Positions 44,967 to 55,934 are shown, numbered from the whole stretch's first letter. The stretch is DNA of 63,867 bases, filler included, from Thraustochytrium aureum (GCA_012862495.1; 5 parts of 5 records of this genome joined end to end with filler, not necessarily neighbours in it), one strand, 5' to 3'. Translations and numbers: made by a program. Notes: generated by a model from the letters alone, not told the origin.

Positions 44967-45109
44967 GAGCGCCCACGGAGGTCTTGGCACTTCTGCCTGC
45001 TTTGCGTGCGGTGCGGGCGAGCGCACGGAGGTCTTGGCGCTTCTGGCTACCGCCCACGGAGGTCTTGGCGCTTCTGCCGAGCGCCCACGGACGTCTTGGC
45101 ACTTCCGCC
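44967..45109. repeat. Four-copy ~30-bp minisatellite (core CACGGAGGTCTTGGC(A/G)CTTCT)
   Basis: Copies at about 44967, 45019, 45051 and 45079. Confidence 0.85.
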
Positions 45110-45273
45110 TGGTGTGTGGCCGGCAGGCTAGCTTCCTTGGCTTGAAGAACAGGTGCGCGTTCAATCGCCGGCTGGATGGAGGCGACGCTGGACAGCGGCC
45201 TCCGCGCTGGGCTCGTGGACGGCGAACCCGAAGGCCAGGAGGGGAGGAAAGGCTTGGCCGCCGCCGCGCCGCA

Positions 45274-46557
45274 ATGGATGAGGAACCTGGCCGCTGACAC
45301 GAGGTCGAAAACGAGGGTCTTGCAAGAGCAAGCGGGCTCTCGGCAGCGGAGCTGAGCCTTGCCGCGAGAAGCGCGAGCGGGAAGGCCTGGCGGGACCTTG
45401 GCGAGCTGAAGAGCAGTCGGCGCGCCAAGGTTGTTGGGTCTGCCTTGCTGTTCGGGCTCGCTTGGGTGGCGCTAGTCTCGTTGGCGTTTGGCCCGCTCCG
45501 GCCCGACACCGAAGTCTCCCTGCACATCGCCCCGGGCATCCCCGGCGGCTCGTGGCTCACGGACGACCCGTACGATCGCGCCTCGGACGTGCTCGGCGCC
45601 ACCGATGACGCGCTCTCGCGCGAGAAAGGCTCGGGCAAGTTTAACCCGCAAGTGCCGCGCACGCCCTTGCTTGACCTGGACAAGAGCGTGGTTTTCAACC
45701 CGAAGAAATTGCACCTGCTGCGGCAGACGCGCTGGCCAATCCGCGTTGCGGTCTTTAGTGGCTTGTATGCGTCGATTCGGTCCTGGCGCAACATTCGCCG
45801 CGTGCTCGGCTGCGCCAGCAACATCTTCAACGTGACGCTCGTGAAGAACGCCAACCTCAGCACGCTGAACCGGAGAAACTTTGACGTCTTCCTGATGCCC
45901 GGCGGGGAGGCCGGGAAGATGTACGAGTGGCACACCAAACACGGGTCCAATCTACGCAACACGGTGCGCCACTTTTTGAAGGGCGGGGGCGGCTACGTCG
46001 GGTTCTGCGCCGGCGCGTACCTGGGGCGCGGGGCGTTCCAGATCGCGCCGTTCCGCAAGGCTTCTTCCACCCTAGGCGTGGGCTGGTTTTCGGACGTCGT
46101 GCTGTCGGACTGGTTTCACAATAATCACGCCCTGTTTCCCATCGACAACTCGACGATTAACGACAACCGCCTCTACTATGCGAACGGACCCATATTTGCC
46201 GAGCTAGACAAGTCCAAGCCCTGGCCAGCAGAGGTGAAGAACCCGCGCGTCATCATGCGCATGGGCCCGCGCGCCAGCGTGCACATCGAGCATGGCCCGG
46301 TCCCAGGCACAAAGGCCCACACGATTCGCCGCAGGTACTCTGGGCTACCCGTAATGACCTACAACGAGTTCTCCAACGGCAAGGTCCTCCTCAGCACGGG
46401 CCACCCCGAAACGGACGCCAATGGCGGCATCCACTCGTTTGAAGTCAAGGGCACCGAGTGCGACTCGAACTGGGCGAACATCATCATCGACTTGGTTTTG
46501 ATGTCGGCTAACCGGACCTCGCTTACCTCCGAGCTTGAGGGCAAGCCTATGCAGTGA
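45274..46557 (+). CDS. Class I glutamine-amidotransferase-like / BPL-N domain protein with N-terminal TM anchor (start unresolved)
   Basis: DVFLMPGG, VRHFLKGGGGYVGFCAGAYLG (nucleophile elbow), YYANGPIF, GKVLLSTGHPE; TM VVGSALLFGLAWVALVSLAF. Confidence 0.75.
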
Positions 46558-46690
46558 GGCGCGTCTGCTGTGCCTTTTGCTGCGAGACGACCCTGCTGCC
46601 CTTGCATACCCAATCCTGCTTTACCTGCTCCTGCAAATCACTGTTTGATTGAAAACAAATTCTCCCCCGCACCTGGCTGCCAGCACGAGC

Positions 46691-48643
46691 TCAACCCCGG
46701 CCCAAGCGAACGTGCATCTCACGATCGTGCTTGTCTTGCTCGCGGGCCTTCATGGTCACGCCGCGGCACCGGTCACGGTGGCATTCAACGGTCCGCTCGG
46801 CGCAAGCGTCCTGCAAATGGACGCGTAGGCCCTTCTGCTTGACCTTGACGCCACAACCCATTGGGCAAGGGGCGACGCGGTGCTCGCACCTCGCGGCATG
46901 AGCCTCAAAGTCTTTGTCCAACACCTTGACCGGGCAGCCTGGGTTCCCGCAGCGCCGCGCAACGAGCTCGTGCCAGACCCGAAGCGCTTGCCGCCCGCTC
47001 TCGAGGCGCTCGCGAAGCGCACCCTCACGAAGCTCGCGCACCACAGAGGCAAGCGTACGAGATTCGGAAACCCTGTCCCGCGCGGCTTGCTCGCGCCGTG
47101 CGCGGCGCACCGCGGCCGGCTCGGAAACGCTTTTGCAAACCTCGTCCAGCGTAAGGAGCAGCTGCGCTGCGCTCGGGCCAACAGCGCCTGGCGCATCGCG
47201 GGGCGGCCGTCCACCGTGGATCAGATGAAATACATGCCTCTCCCGGTGCTCGGTCCGATGAGCCTCAAGCTCCCTGAAACGAACCTGCGCGGTGCACGTG
47301 TTCCACCCTGTGCACGTGACATAGCGCTCCGGGCAGACCGCTTGGGTGTGCTCGTCGACAAGCCCAGCAGCAAGTCTCTCACCGCATCCGGACGGGCAGT
47401 CAACCACGCGCAAGCAGCACAGCCGTTGCTCGTGCTCGGCTAAGGCCGACTCTAGTTGGCCATCCTGGCGGCGGAACGCCGTCCCGCAGCCAAACCTGCA
47501 TGCGTGGGCGAATGAGGCGCAGCTTTCGGCAAGGTGGGCAGCCTGCTCCCCGCGCGCAACGCGGACGCCGCACAGCTCGCACAGCGCAGGCTTGCTTGTA
47601 CAAGACCTGGCAAAGTGCGAGTCGAGCAGACTGGCTCTGAGACCGGCTTGCCCGCACTTGAAGGGGCACGTGACAGGCTTGTCGCGACGGATCGCCTCGA
47701 GGCAGCTGGCGCGGCGCGACTCTGGGTCCCTGCACCGCAAAATCGCGAGCGCTTCAAGCACCTCCTCGTCAAGCGTCGCATCCAAGGCAGCGTCAGACGC
47801 GCCGTGCAAAGCAAGCGAGGCCATCGTCGGCCGGTGCTCAGCGGCAAGCGCCAGCTCACGGAACGCATCGACGCTCTCGAACGGGTTGTTTGCAAGCGAG
47901 AGCGTGCGAAGAGGCAGCTGGGCAGCGAACGAGAGGGCGACTCGCTCGTCGGCTCGCGCGCCGCCGACCCCCACCCTCTCGCTCGCGCCGATGTGCAACT
48001 CGAGCGCGGCGTAGTCGATACGCAAAAGCGCATCCGCAATCACTCTTGCGCCGCCGTCTGTGATGCGGTTCCCGGCCAAGCAGAGTCGCTCCAAGGCGCA
48101 CGTCCCAGCCAACGCGAGGCTCAGCGCGCCAGCTCCGGCGTCTCCAAGGCCCGCCTCGCCGAGCCAGAGCTCTTCCAACCGCAATAACGTCGGGCCGGCC
48201 CTTCGAGCCAGCGCGATCGCTCCGTCGTCGCCCAGCTCGTTGCCGTGCAAGTCCAGAACGATCGTTGCCGGCGGCAGGGCTGCTGCAATGTCAACCAACT
48301 CTTGCGCGCCCAGGCCGGCGTACCTGAGGTGGAGCCTGACGAGCGTGCTGCGCAGCATGTTGCGCGACCCGAGCCCCATGTTTGAAAGGTTTGTTCCCGA
48401 TACGTCGAGGGCAGAGACAGCTGCTCGCTCCAGCTCCGCATCCGCATCCGAAAGCTGCCGTTTGCGCCCCACCAGCGCTCTAAAGGCCTCCTGCGGCGTT
48501 GCGCGGCACGCAGGGACGGAGAGCCGCGCACCGCTCCAGTGCGCCGGGACCTCCGCGACGCCACGGACGCGCGCGACGACCCCCAGCGACCCCAGGCAGG
48601 CAGCGCTGGCAACACACGAGGGGCTCCAAGCGGCCTCGCGCAT
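46691..48643 (-). CDS. RNI-like leucine-rich repeat protein with tandem TRAF-type zinc fingers
   Basis: LRRs LDLHGNELGDDGAIALA, LWLGEAGLGDAGAGALS, LCLAGNRITDGGARVIA. Repeated C-x2-4-C...H...C fingers (CPFKCG...H..RSC, CPSGCG...H...VC, CPMGCG...H..DAC). Confidence 0.8.
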   Translation of the reverse strand: MREAAWSPSCVASAACLGSLGVVARVRGVAEVPAHWSGARLSVPACRATPQEAFRALVGRKRQLSDADAELERAAVSALDVSGTNLSNMGLGSRNMLRSTLVRLHLRYAGLGAQELVDIAAALPPATIVLDLHGNELGDDGAIALARRAGPTLLRLEELWLGEAGLGDAGAGALSLALAGTCALERLCLAGNRITDGGARVIADALLRIDYAALELHIGASERVGVGGARADERVALSFAAQLPLRTLSLANNPFESVDAFRELALAAEHRPTMASLALHGASDAALDATLDEEVLEALAILRCRDPESRRASCLEAIRRDKPVTCPFKCGQAGLRASLLDSHFARSCTSKPALCELCGVRVARGEQAAHLAESCASFAHACRFGCGTAFRRQDGQLESALAEHEQRLCCLRVVDCPSGCGERLAAGLVDEHTQAVCPERYVTCTGWNTCTAQVRFRELEAHRTEHRERHVFHLIHGGRPPRDAPGAVGPSAAQLLLTLDEVCKSVSEPAAVRRARREQAARDRVSESRTLASVVRELREGALRERLESGRQALRVWHELVARRCGNPGCPVKVLDKDFEAHAARCEHRVAPCPMGCGVKVKQKGLRVHLQDACAERTVECHRDRCRGVTMKAREQDKHDREMHVRLGRG

Positions 48644-48923
48644 CCTCGCACAGGGGATCGGCCCCTCGGCGCCGTTCTGCCGCAAGCTTTCGAGCTTCGT
48701 GCGTGGTTTGCGGGCTCCTCAACGGCTCGCAGCTCTGTGCTCGTGAATGGAGGGCGGACCGCTCGTCGACGACGAGGCAGACCGTGACGGAGGATGAAAC
48801 GCCGGGACGGTAGCCGCGGCGCACCAGGTCCCCGCGGCGGCCGGTTCGACTTCAACTCCATCAAACATCGGCGTGCTGCGCAACAGTTGAACGTAAAGTG
48901 GGTTTGCTCGAGCGGCGTCACTA

Positions 48924-49253
48924 TCACTGATTTGAAGTTGTAGCTGGATACATGGCGAGCAGGCCCTCGCGGTCGGCCTCGTCGTCGAAAGGAAATACTC
49001 GGTCGCGGATCGCCGCCGCTAGCTCACCCAACTTGCCTTTGAGGGGTTCGCTCTCGAGAAGCTTGACGAGCTCGTCAACAGACTGTTTCTCGCCGTCCAC
49101 ACTCTCCAAGTCGGCCTTGATGAGGGGATACCAAAGCTTGCCAGCCAAACTCATGAGTCCCGCCCACTCGTCTTCGTCCGTCATCTCGTTGACAAGCACG
49201 AGGGGTACAAGGTCTTCTGCAAGCTTGTGGTGCTCGGCGTAAAGGTATTCCTT
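48924..49253 (-). CDS. 3' fragment of a hypothetical protein truncated by the scaffold edge
   Basis: Open from the linker to TGA; amphipathic helical composition. Confidence 0.45.
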   Translation of the reverse strand, partial: KEYLYAEHHKLAEDLVPLVLVNEMTDEDEWAGLMSLAGKLWYPLIKADLESVDGEKQSVDELVKLLESEPLKGKLGELAAAIRDRVFPFDDEADREGLLAMYPATTSNQ

Positions 49254-49353
49254 NNNNNNNNNNNNNNNNNNNNNNNNNNNNNNNNNNNNNNNNNNNNTTA
49301 ATTAATTAANNNNNNNNNNNNNNNNNNNNNNNNNNNNNNNNNNNNNNNNNNNN
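49254..49353. other. Artificial scaffold linker
   Basis: 44N-TTAATTAATTAA-44N. Confidence 0.95.
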
Positions 49354-49848
49354 ACCAAAATAGCACGTCGCTTGGACCCCCAAGGTCCCGCAGAGCGGCC
49401 CTCGCTCGTCACTTTATCCCTTTCGTTACCCGCGGTTAGGGTATCGAGCCCCTCTCCAGAGGATCTAACGCCTGTGCCCCAACACTGTCAACCCCACTCC
49501 CCGCGCGCCCCCAGGCGTGTTCCGAGGGCGGTGCGCAGAGCCCTCGAAAGATCCTCTAGCGGCCTTCCCCCAGAGTTGCGCCCTCTGCGGTGTTTCGAGG
49601 GGGCGATTGTGGGGGCCCCAGAGGGTGCTCCGAGGGCGTTCCCAGCGGCCCTCGAATGGCGCCTGAGGGGCTGCGCGGCCAAGTCGATCTGCAGAGGGTG
49701 TTTCGAGGGCGATGGACGAGTGGCAGAGAGAGCGCGCAGCAGAGCAGCAAGGAGAGGAGGCTCGCAGCAGTCGGCAGAGCAGCGAGAGCGAGCGAGGAGC
49801 ACAGGCAGGCAGGCAGGCAGGCAGCAGCAGCGCGCAAGAGTTAGCAAG

Positions 49849-50476
49849 ATGCCGGGCGGCCATGTCGGGTTCCAGGGCGCGGCCCTGCGGTCCAACCCCA
49901 AGCAGCGCGGGAAGAAATGCGGCGAGGAGAAGATGATGAACGGCGACATGCCTGTGCGCCTGTTTGTCAAGGCCGTGTTCATGGGCTTCCAGGGCGGCAA
50001 GAAGAACCAGTGGGAGAAGACCGCGCTTGTCAAGATTCAGGATGTCAACCAGCGCGAGGATACCGAGTTCTACTTTGGGAAGAAGATTGCGTACATCTAC
50101 AAGGCCAAGCGCGCCGACCGCAAGGGCTCCAACGTGCGTGTCATCTGGGGCAAGATCACCCGCGCTCATGGTAACAGTGGCGCCGTGCGGGCCCAGTTCC
50201 GCAACAACCTGCCCCCGAAGGTGCGTTTCCCTCGCTTGTTTGTTTTCCGGCTCGGTGTGCTCGCTGTGCTTGCGTTTTGGCTCCAGGTGCGGGGCTCGGT
50301 TCGGTTGCGCGTCCCGCTCCCACGCAGCGTGGCGCGGCCGCTCCGAGGCGGCCGCAGCGAGGTCGATTGCGCTTTCTGTTTGCTGACGCCCTCTGTTTTT
50401 CGTTGTTTGTTTTCTTGTGAACGCGCAGGCCATCGGCAAGAAGCTCCGCGTCATGCTGTACCCGAGCCGGGTGTAA
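49849..50476 (+). CDS. RPL35A: 60S ribosomal protein L35a (eL33); exons 49849-50220 and 50429-50476
   Basis: [72 protein letters not shown]. Intron GTGCGT...GCTGAC...GCAG. Confidence 0.96.
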
Positions 50477-51359
50477 AAGCCATGGCGGAACGACGACCCC
50501 TGAAACTCCTCTTTCCTCTATTGTGGCGCGACGAGTTGCCGAAAAAGCAGCTTTGTAGTTCCTGGCATTGCGCCCCGTTCCCAACAATGCCGGCGGCGGC
50601 CCCGCGTCGCCGTCCACCGTTACTTGCGCCCGCCCACCGCCAATATGCGCACGCGTGCACACGCGCATCATCCACCACCAATTCCGTCCACTGTCTCCAG
50701 TCCCTGGAGTCCATGCAGCGTCGCTGCCAGCGACATGCCAGCCAGAGAGACCGAGAAGAGGGGGAAGACGGTCGCGAGCGAGCGAGCGGCCACGCGCGCG
50801 GCCGCAAGCCCACGCGAGCCCGCCTCCAATCGGCCAGGCGCATCGANNNNNNNNNNNNNNNNNNNNNNNNNNNNNNNNNNNNNNNNNNNNNNNNNNNNNN
50901 NNNNNNNNNNNNNNNNNNNNNNNNNNNNNNNNNNNNNNNNNNNNNNNNNNNNNNNNNNNNNNNNNNNNNNNNNNNNNNNNNNNNNNNNNNGTGCTTGAGG
51001 GCCCCGTTATCCACCTGTTATCCTGCGGGATAACTCTTGACGCATTCCTTGACATCTTCCAAGCAGACGCGGCCCACGTGGGCGCTGGCGGCTGCCCGCA
51101 GCTGCAGGAGCAGGGCGCCAGCCCATCCATCGCCCTGTAGAGGAAGCGAAGCGCTCGAGAGCGGCGCGGTTGGCGCTCGGGGCAGCCGCGCTGGGCCGTC
51201 GGCGCGCGCAGGTGTTTTGATTTGGCCGATTTCGGGGCGACCTTTGTCGCACTTGGAGCTCGCAGACCCAGGCAGAACTGCGGCGGAGCTGCTCGAACGC
51301 TCGGCGCGGTCGACCGGGTCCGCTCGGCAGCGCGATAGACGCTGCGGCCGGCAGCTGCC

Positions 51360-53793
51360 ATGCTGTTTTCTGTTGGGCACTTTTGCGAACACGCGTCCAA
51401 CGCGGTTCAAGGCAACGACCTGCGTGATGTTTCAGCGTTCTGGAGACGCGTGTTCGCTCTCGGGTCGCCCAGGCTCCGGGAGGACTCTCTCCTCGCCGCC
51501 GCTAATCCGGACGACGGGGCGCCCGCCCCGCCATCCCCGCCCCGGCTAGCAAAGGCAAGGCCCGAGGATGACCAACCCCCAAGCGGCCTCCTTGGAGACC
51601 GAAACTTCCTCGAGTGCCTGCGCTGCGGGAGCGCCATGCAGGACGCCCCGCCGCGCGAGCCGCCGAGGCGCCGCAGCCGCCGCGGATCTGCCGCAGAGAA
51701 CGACGCCGACGCCGACGCGGAGGGCGACGCCGAGAACGGGGGCCAGAGCGCGGCACAGCTCTGGTGCCCGTCATGCCACACCGCCGCCGAGCCGAGGGAG
51801 CCGCAGTTTGCGATCCACACGGGGGTTCCTGCACCTGTTCTGTTGCGAATGCGACCGCGTCGTTTTCAACCCAGAGTTTGACGCCGCGCGGTGCCACGCT
51901 TTGTTGAGCGCGCACCCGCTGGCGAACAGGGTGGCCGCGCTAGAGCCCGGGGTGGGCCTACGCGGGATGTGCAACCTGGGCAACACGTGCTACATGAACT
52001 CGGTCCTGCAGGTACTGAGCCAGCAGGCGGCCATCCGCGACTATTACCTGAGCTCGCGCCACAACAGCGTGTGCCGCATCGCCGCGGCGGTGCGCCGCGA
52101 CCCGCACTGCGACGAGCTCTTGCAAAGCCTGCGTGGCCTGCTCACGAGAGCAGAGGCGCAAGTAGTAAAGGAGCAGCGCCAGCTCCGCCTAGACAGTGCC
52201 AGCGCCGGGGCGCCTCCAGCGACGCGAGCAAAGGCCGCGGTCAAGAAAAAGCGCAAGCGCAAGGGCCCCACGCTCCTCGACCTATGGGCCCTCGAGCGCG
52301 ACTCGCGCTTTCTGCCCAGGTATGCGTGCTCCTGGCAACGCCCTTGGTGCCCCAGAGGAATTCGAAACCGCATGGTAGGGCACGCCCGGCCCCGGGAACG
52401 GGCACGGTGCAGGCGACGCGGCAAGCGGCGACGTTGTTGCGAACGGCCACGGGCCGGCCGCCGGGGAAACCGAGCAGCAAGACGGTGGCGCGAGGGAGCC
52501 ACTCCCTGCTGTTTCCTCGGGCTGCATCGCGTGCGAGCTCGAGACGCTCGTCAAGGACCTGTACTGCGGGGCGAGCGCGCGGCAGCCGCTTGTGCTCAAC
52601 CACTTTTTGACAGCACGTGGCAGCATTCGCCACTCCTCAGCGGCTACATGCAGCAGGACGCGCACGAGTTTTTCTCGTTCGTGATCAACAGCGCGCACGC
52701 CTCGTACGACCACGTCAAGCCCCTGCGCGGCCTCCCGCTAGCCGCGGCAGCGGCAGCCTCGAGTAGCGGTGGCGCCCCTGCGCCGCTGGGCGGCCCGGGA
52801 GCAACGGCCCGAGTCTGCTCTTGCATCATGCACAAGACCTTTGGCGGAATGCTCTGCTCGCAGATCCAGTGCAGCTCCTGCAACGCGGTCTCCGAGTCGT
52901 TCGAGCCCTTCTTTGACATTTCCCTGGACTGCCCCTCCGGGGCTGCTGCAGAGGGTGCTGGGCAAACAGACCCAAGCTCGCCGCGCGCGCGTGCCAAGGC
53001 CACCAAGAACCCCGTCAAGCCCGATACGTGCTCAACAACAAACGAAATCGCGCCGGAAGGGGCCGAGGCGCCCAAGAACAAGGCGGAGACGCCCTCCGCC
53101 GCGAGCGTGCGCAAAACACGACGCAGCGCTGCGTCGGCTCCGGCCGTCAAGGCGGAGCCAGCCGCAGCAAAAGCCAAGACGGCGAAGACAACGCCGCCGA
53201 GCGCGCAACGGCGAACGGCAGGCTCGCCGCGGCGCAACGTGCTCACGCGCGGACTCAGCTTCAACGCACCGCCAATCTCGCTGCAAGCACTTTTGTGCAA
53301 CTTTCTCGCGCCAGAGACGCTCACGGCTGCCATCCAGTGCGGAACCTGCGAGGCCCGCAAGGAAAACTGCTCGAAGCGCCTGCAGCTCGAGTCGCTGCCC
53401 CCCGTCCTCTGCTTCCATATCAAGCGCTTTAAAGCGGGCACGACGCCAGCCAACGCCCAAAAGAGCGACCAAGCCATCACCTACCCGATGCGGGGCCTCA
53501 ACATGGGCGAGTTCCTGACGCCGCGCGACGGCAAGGGCCGACAGAAGCGTCTCTACGACCTGTGCGCAGTCATCCAACACACGGGAAACATAGACTCGGG
53601 CCACTACTTTTGCTTTATCCTGCACCACGGCAACTGGTACCGCTGTGACGACGTGTTTGTGCGCCGTGTGTACGAGGTCGAGGTGCTCGAGGCCCAGGGC
53701 TACATGCTTTTCTACCAAGAGCGCACGACAGCCGCCGCCGCCGCCGCCGCCAGCAGCGCCACCGCTGCGGACGCGGCGCCCAAACCATCATAG
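51360..53793 (+). CDS. Ubiquitin-specific protease, USP22/Ubp8-like (ZnF-UBP-like N-terminus plus UCH domain); several frameshifts
   Basis: Cys box GMCNLGNTCYMNSVLQ; CIACEL..LVKDLYCG (alternate frame); GYMQQDAHEFF; CSCIMHKTFGG.L.SQIQC; EPFFDISLD; LPPVLCFHIKRF; His box HTGNIDSGHY; WYRCDD; QGYMLFY. Confidence 0.88.
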
Positions 53794-53801
53794 TCTCCGT
53801 A

Positions 53802-54331
53802 TTATTGCTTTTGTTTTCCAAAGCGTGTTTGGTGGCTGTGGCTATTGTACAGCGCATGGGCGGGCCTCGTCAACCCGGATGTCGACGGGCGGCTCGGGCG
53901 TGGGCTGCCCTGGGCTGCGCTTTGGTCCGGCTCGGGGGCGGCCTGCCGCTGCGCGCCTCGGGTCGGGCCTGGAGGCGCCTCTTGTCCAGTACTCCCGATC
54001 GACTCGTCCAGTGCCCTGCTCCATGCGGCGCGCTGTGCGCGAGCCGAGTCTTGGGCCGCGTCAATAACAGCCCGCGGCACGCCCGAGCGCTCCATGTCGC
54101 GCCGGTCTTGCTCGGCGAGCAATGTCGCCCTGGTCTCCGATGGAAACGCCGTCAGGTCTGCGGCCCTGACCTCGTCGGTGGTCTCGTGCAGGTCGTCTGG
54201 GCGGTGCCACTGGTCGTGTCCGGTCAGGTTGTTGTGGTAGTACGTGCGCCCTTTGGCGCCTTGCATCTCGCTCCAAACCTGCAGGCGGCCCCTCCGAGTC
54301 GCGGCGGCGCCAGCAGGACAGCGCGCAGCAT
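53802..54331 (-). CDS. 3' fragment of a WW-domain protein
   Basis: VWSEMQGAKGRTYYHNNLTGHDQWHRP is a canonical WW pattern; 5' part lies in the gap. Confidence 0.7.
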
Positions 54332-55139
54332 NNNNNNNNNNNNNNNNNNNNNNNNNNNNNNNNNNNNNNNNNNNNNNNNNNNNNNNNNNNNNNNNNNNNN
54401 NNNNNNNNNNNNNNNNNNNNNNNNNNNNNNNNNNNNNNNNNNNNNNNNNNNNNNNNNNNNNNNNNNNNNNNNNNNNNNNNNNNNNNNNNNNNNNNNNNNN
54501 NNNNNNNNNNNNNNNNNNNNNNNNNNNNNNNNNNNNNNNNNNNNNNNNNNNNNNNNNNNNNNNNNNNNNNNNNNNNNNNNNNNNNNNNNNNNNNNNNNNN
54601 NNNNNNNNNNNNNNNNNNNNNNNNNNNNNNNNNNNNNNNNNNNNNNNNNNNNNNNNNNNNNNNNNNNNNNNNNNNNNNNNNNNNNNNNNNNNNNNNNNNN
54701 NNNNNNNNNNNNNNNNNNNNNNNNNNNNNNNNNNNNNNNNNNNNNNNNNNNNNNNNNNNNNNNNNNNNNNNNNNNNNNNNNNNNNNNNNNNNNNNNNNNN
54801 NNNNNNNNNNNNNNNNNNNNNNNNNNNNNNNNNNNNNNNNNNNNNNNNNNNNNNNNNNNNNNNNNNNNNNNNNNNNNNNNNNNNNNNNNNNNNNNNNNNN
54901 NNNNNNNNNNNNNNNNNNNNNNNNNNNNNNNNNNNNNNNNNNNNNNNNNNNNNNNNNNNNNNNNNNNNNNNNNNNNNNNNNNNNNNNNNNNNNNNNNNNN
55001 NNNNNNNNNNNNNNNNNNNNNNNNNNNNNNNNNNNNNNNNNNNNNNNNNNNNNNNNNNNNNNNNNNNNNNNNNNNNNNNNNNNNNNNNNNNNNNNNNNNN
55101 NNNNNNNNNNNNNNNNNNNNNNNNNNNNNNNNNNNNNNN

Positions 55140-55934
55140 GCCCCGCGATGGTGGACCGGCCGTGCCCGAGGTCGAGGCCGGCCCATCCCGCTCTACATGA
55201 CCAAGGACGAGCGCAAGCGCAAGCGCAGGCAGATCCGGCGCGAGCGGCACCAAGAAATGCAGGACAAGATCGCGGCGGGCTTGCTCCCGCCGCCGCCCCC
55301 AAAGCTCAAGCACAGCAACGTGATGCGCGTGCTCGGCGAAGAGGCCGCGCTGGACCCCTCGAAAGTGAACAAGCTCGTGGAGACGCAGCGCCAGGCTCGA
55401 ATCAAGGACCACGAAATGCAAAACCAGGCCAACAAACTGACCCCGCAGGAAAAGTGGGACAAGAAGCTGCGCAAGATTGCCGACGACTCCCGCGGCGCGG
55501 TAACCGTGGCGGTGTACCGCGTCCTCGAGTTGTCCGCGCCGGCGGAGCTCGCAGCGCAGAACCGCTTCAAGATGGACGTCAACGCGCAAAAGCTCGGCCT
55601 GACTGGGGGCGTGGTGATCCTCCACGAGGCCGTCGAGCGCGCAGACGGGTCGGCGCAGCGCTGCAACGTGGTCGTGGCCGAGGGCGGGCCCAAGTTTTTG
55701 GCCAAGTTTGACAAGCAGATGCTGCAGCGTATAAAATTTGCGATGCCGCCGGGGCAAGAGGCCAGCGGGGCGGCCCCGTGTGTCAAGGTCTGGCAGGGGC
55801 TGGCCGCGCAGCGAGCCTTCCCGCAGCGCTTCGAGTTTCACGAGTTTGACCGGGCCAGGGAGGCGCGCGCCTTCCTCGACAAGCGCGGCATTGTGCACTA
55901 CTTGGACATGTGCGTGGCCGAGAGGCAGCCGTAG
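55140..55934 (+). CDS. PRPF3: U4/U6 snRNP protein Prp3, C-terminal part
   Basis: LYMTKDERKRKRRQ.RRE, GLLPPPPPKLKHSNVMRVLGEEA..DPSKV, NRFKMDVNAQKLGLTG, VVVAEGGPK..KFDKQMLQRIKF, CVKVWQG. Confidence 0.93.
   Translation, partial: APRWWTGRARGRGRPIPLYMTKDERKRKRRQIRRERHQEMQDKIAAGLLPPPPPKLKHSNVMRVLGEEAALDPSKVNKLVETQRQARIKDHEMQNQANKLTPQEKWDKKLRKIADDSRGAVTVAVYRVLELSAPAELAAQNRFKMDVNAQKLGLTGGVVILHEAVERADGSAQRCNVVVAEGGPKFLAKFDKQMLQRIKFAMPPGQEASGAAPCVKVWQGLAAQRAFPQRFEFHEFDRAREARAFLDKRGIVHYLDMCVAERQP

Noticed and set aside
44967..45109. Mini-CRISPR
   Set aside because: Copies 2-4 are nearly adjacent with no real spacers; it is a minisatellite
50221..50428. Intronic snoRNA in RPL35A
   Set aside because: No RTGATGA C-box or clear H/ACA architecture seen; an Infernal/Rfam scan would settle it
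39891..53793. Chromatin-deubiquitination cluster (DEUBAD protein plus USP22-like)
   Set aside because: Separated by an artificial linker at 49254-49353, and DEUBAD partners are UCH-family rather than USP enzymes
54332..55139. Unusually short Prp3 implied by the 808-N gap
   Set aside because: The gap must also hold the 5' end of the divergent WW gene, so its size is probably underestimated
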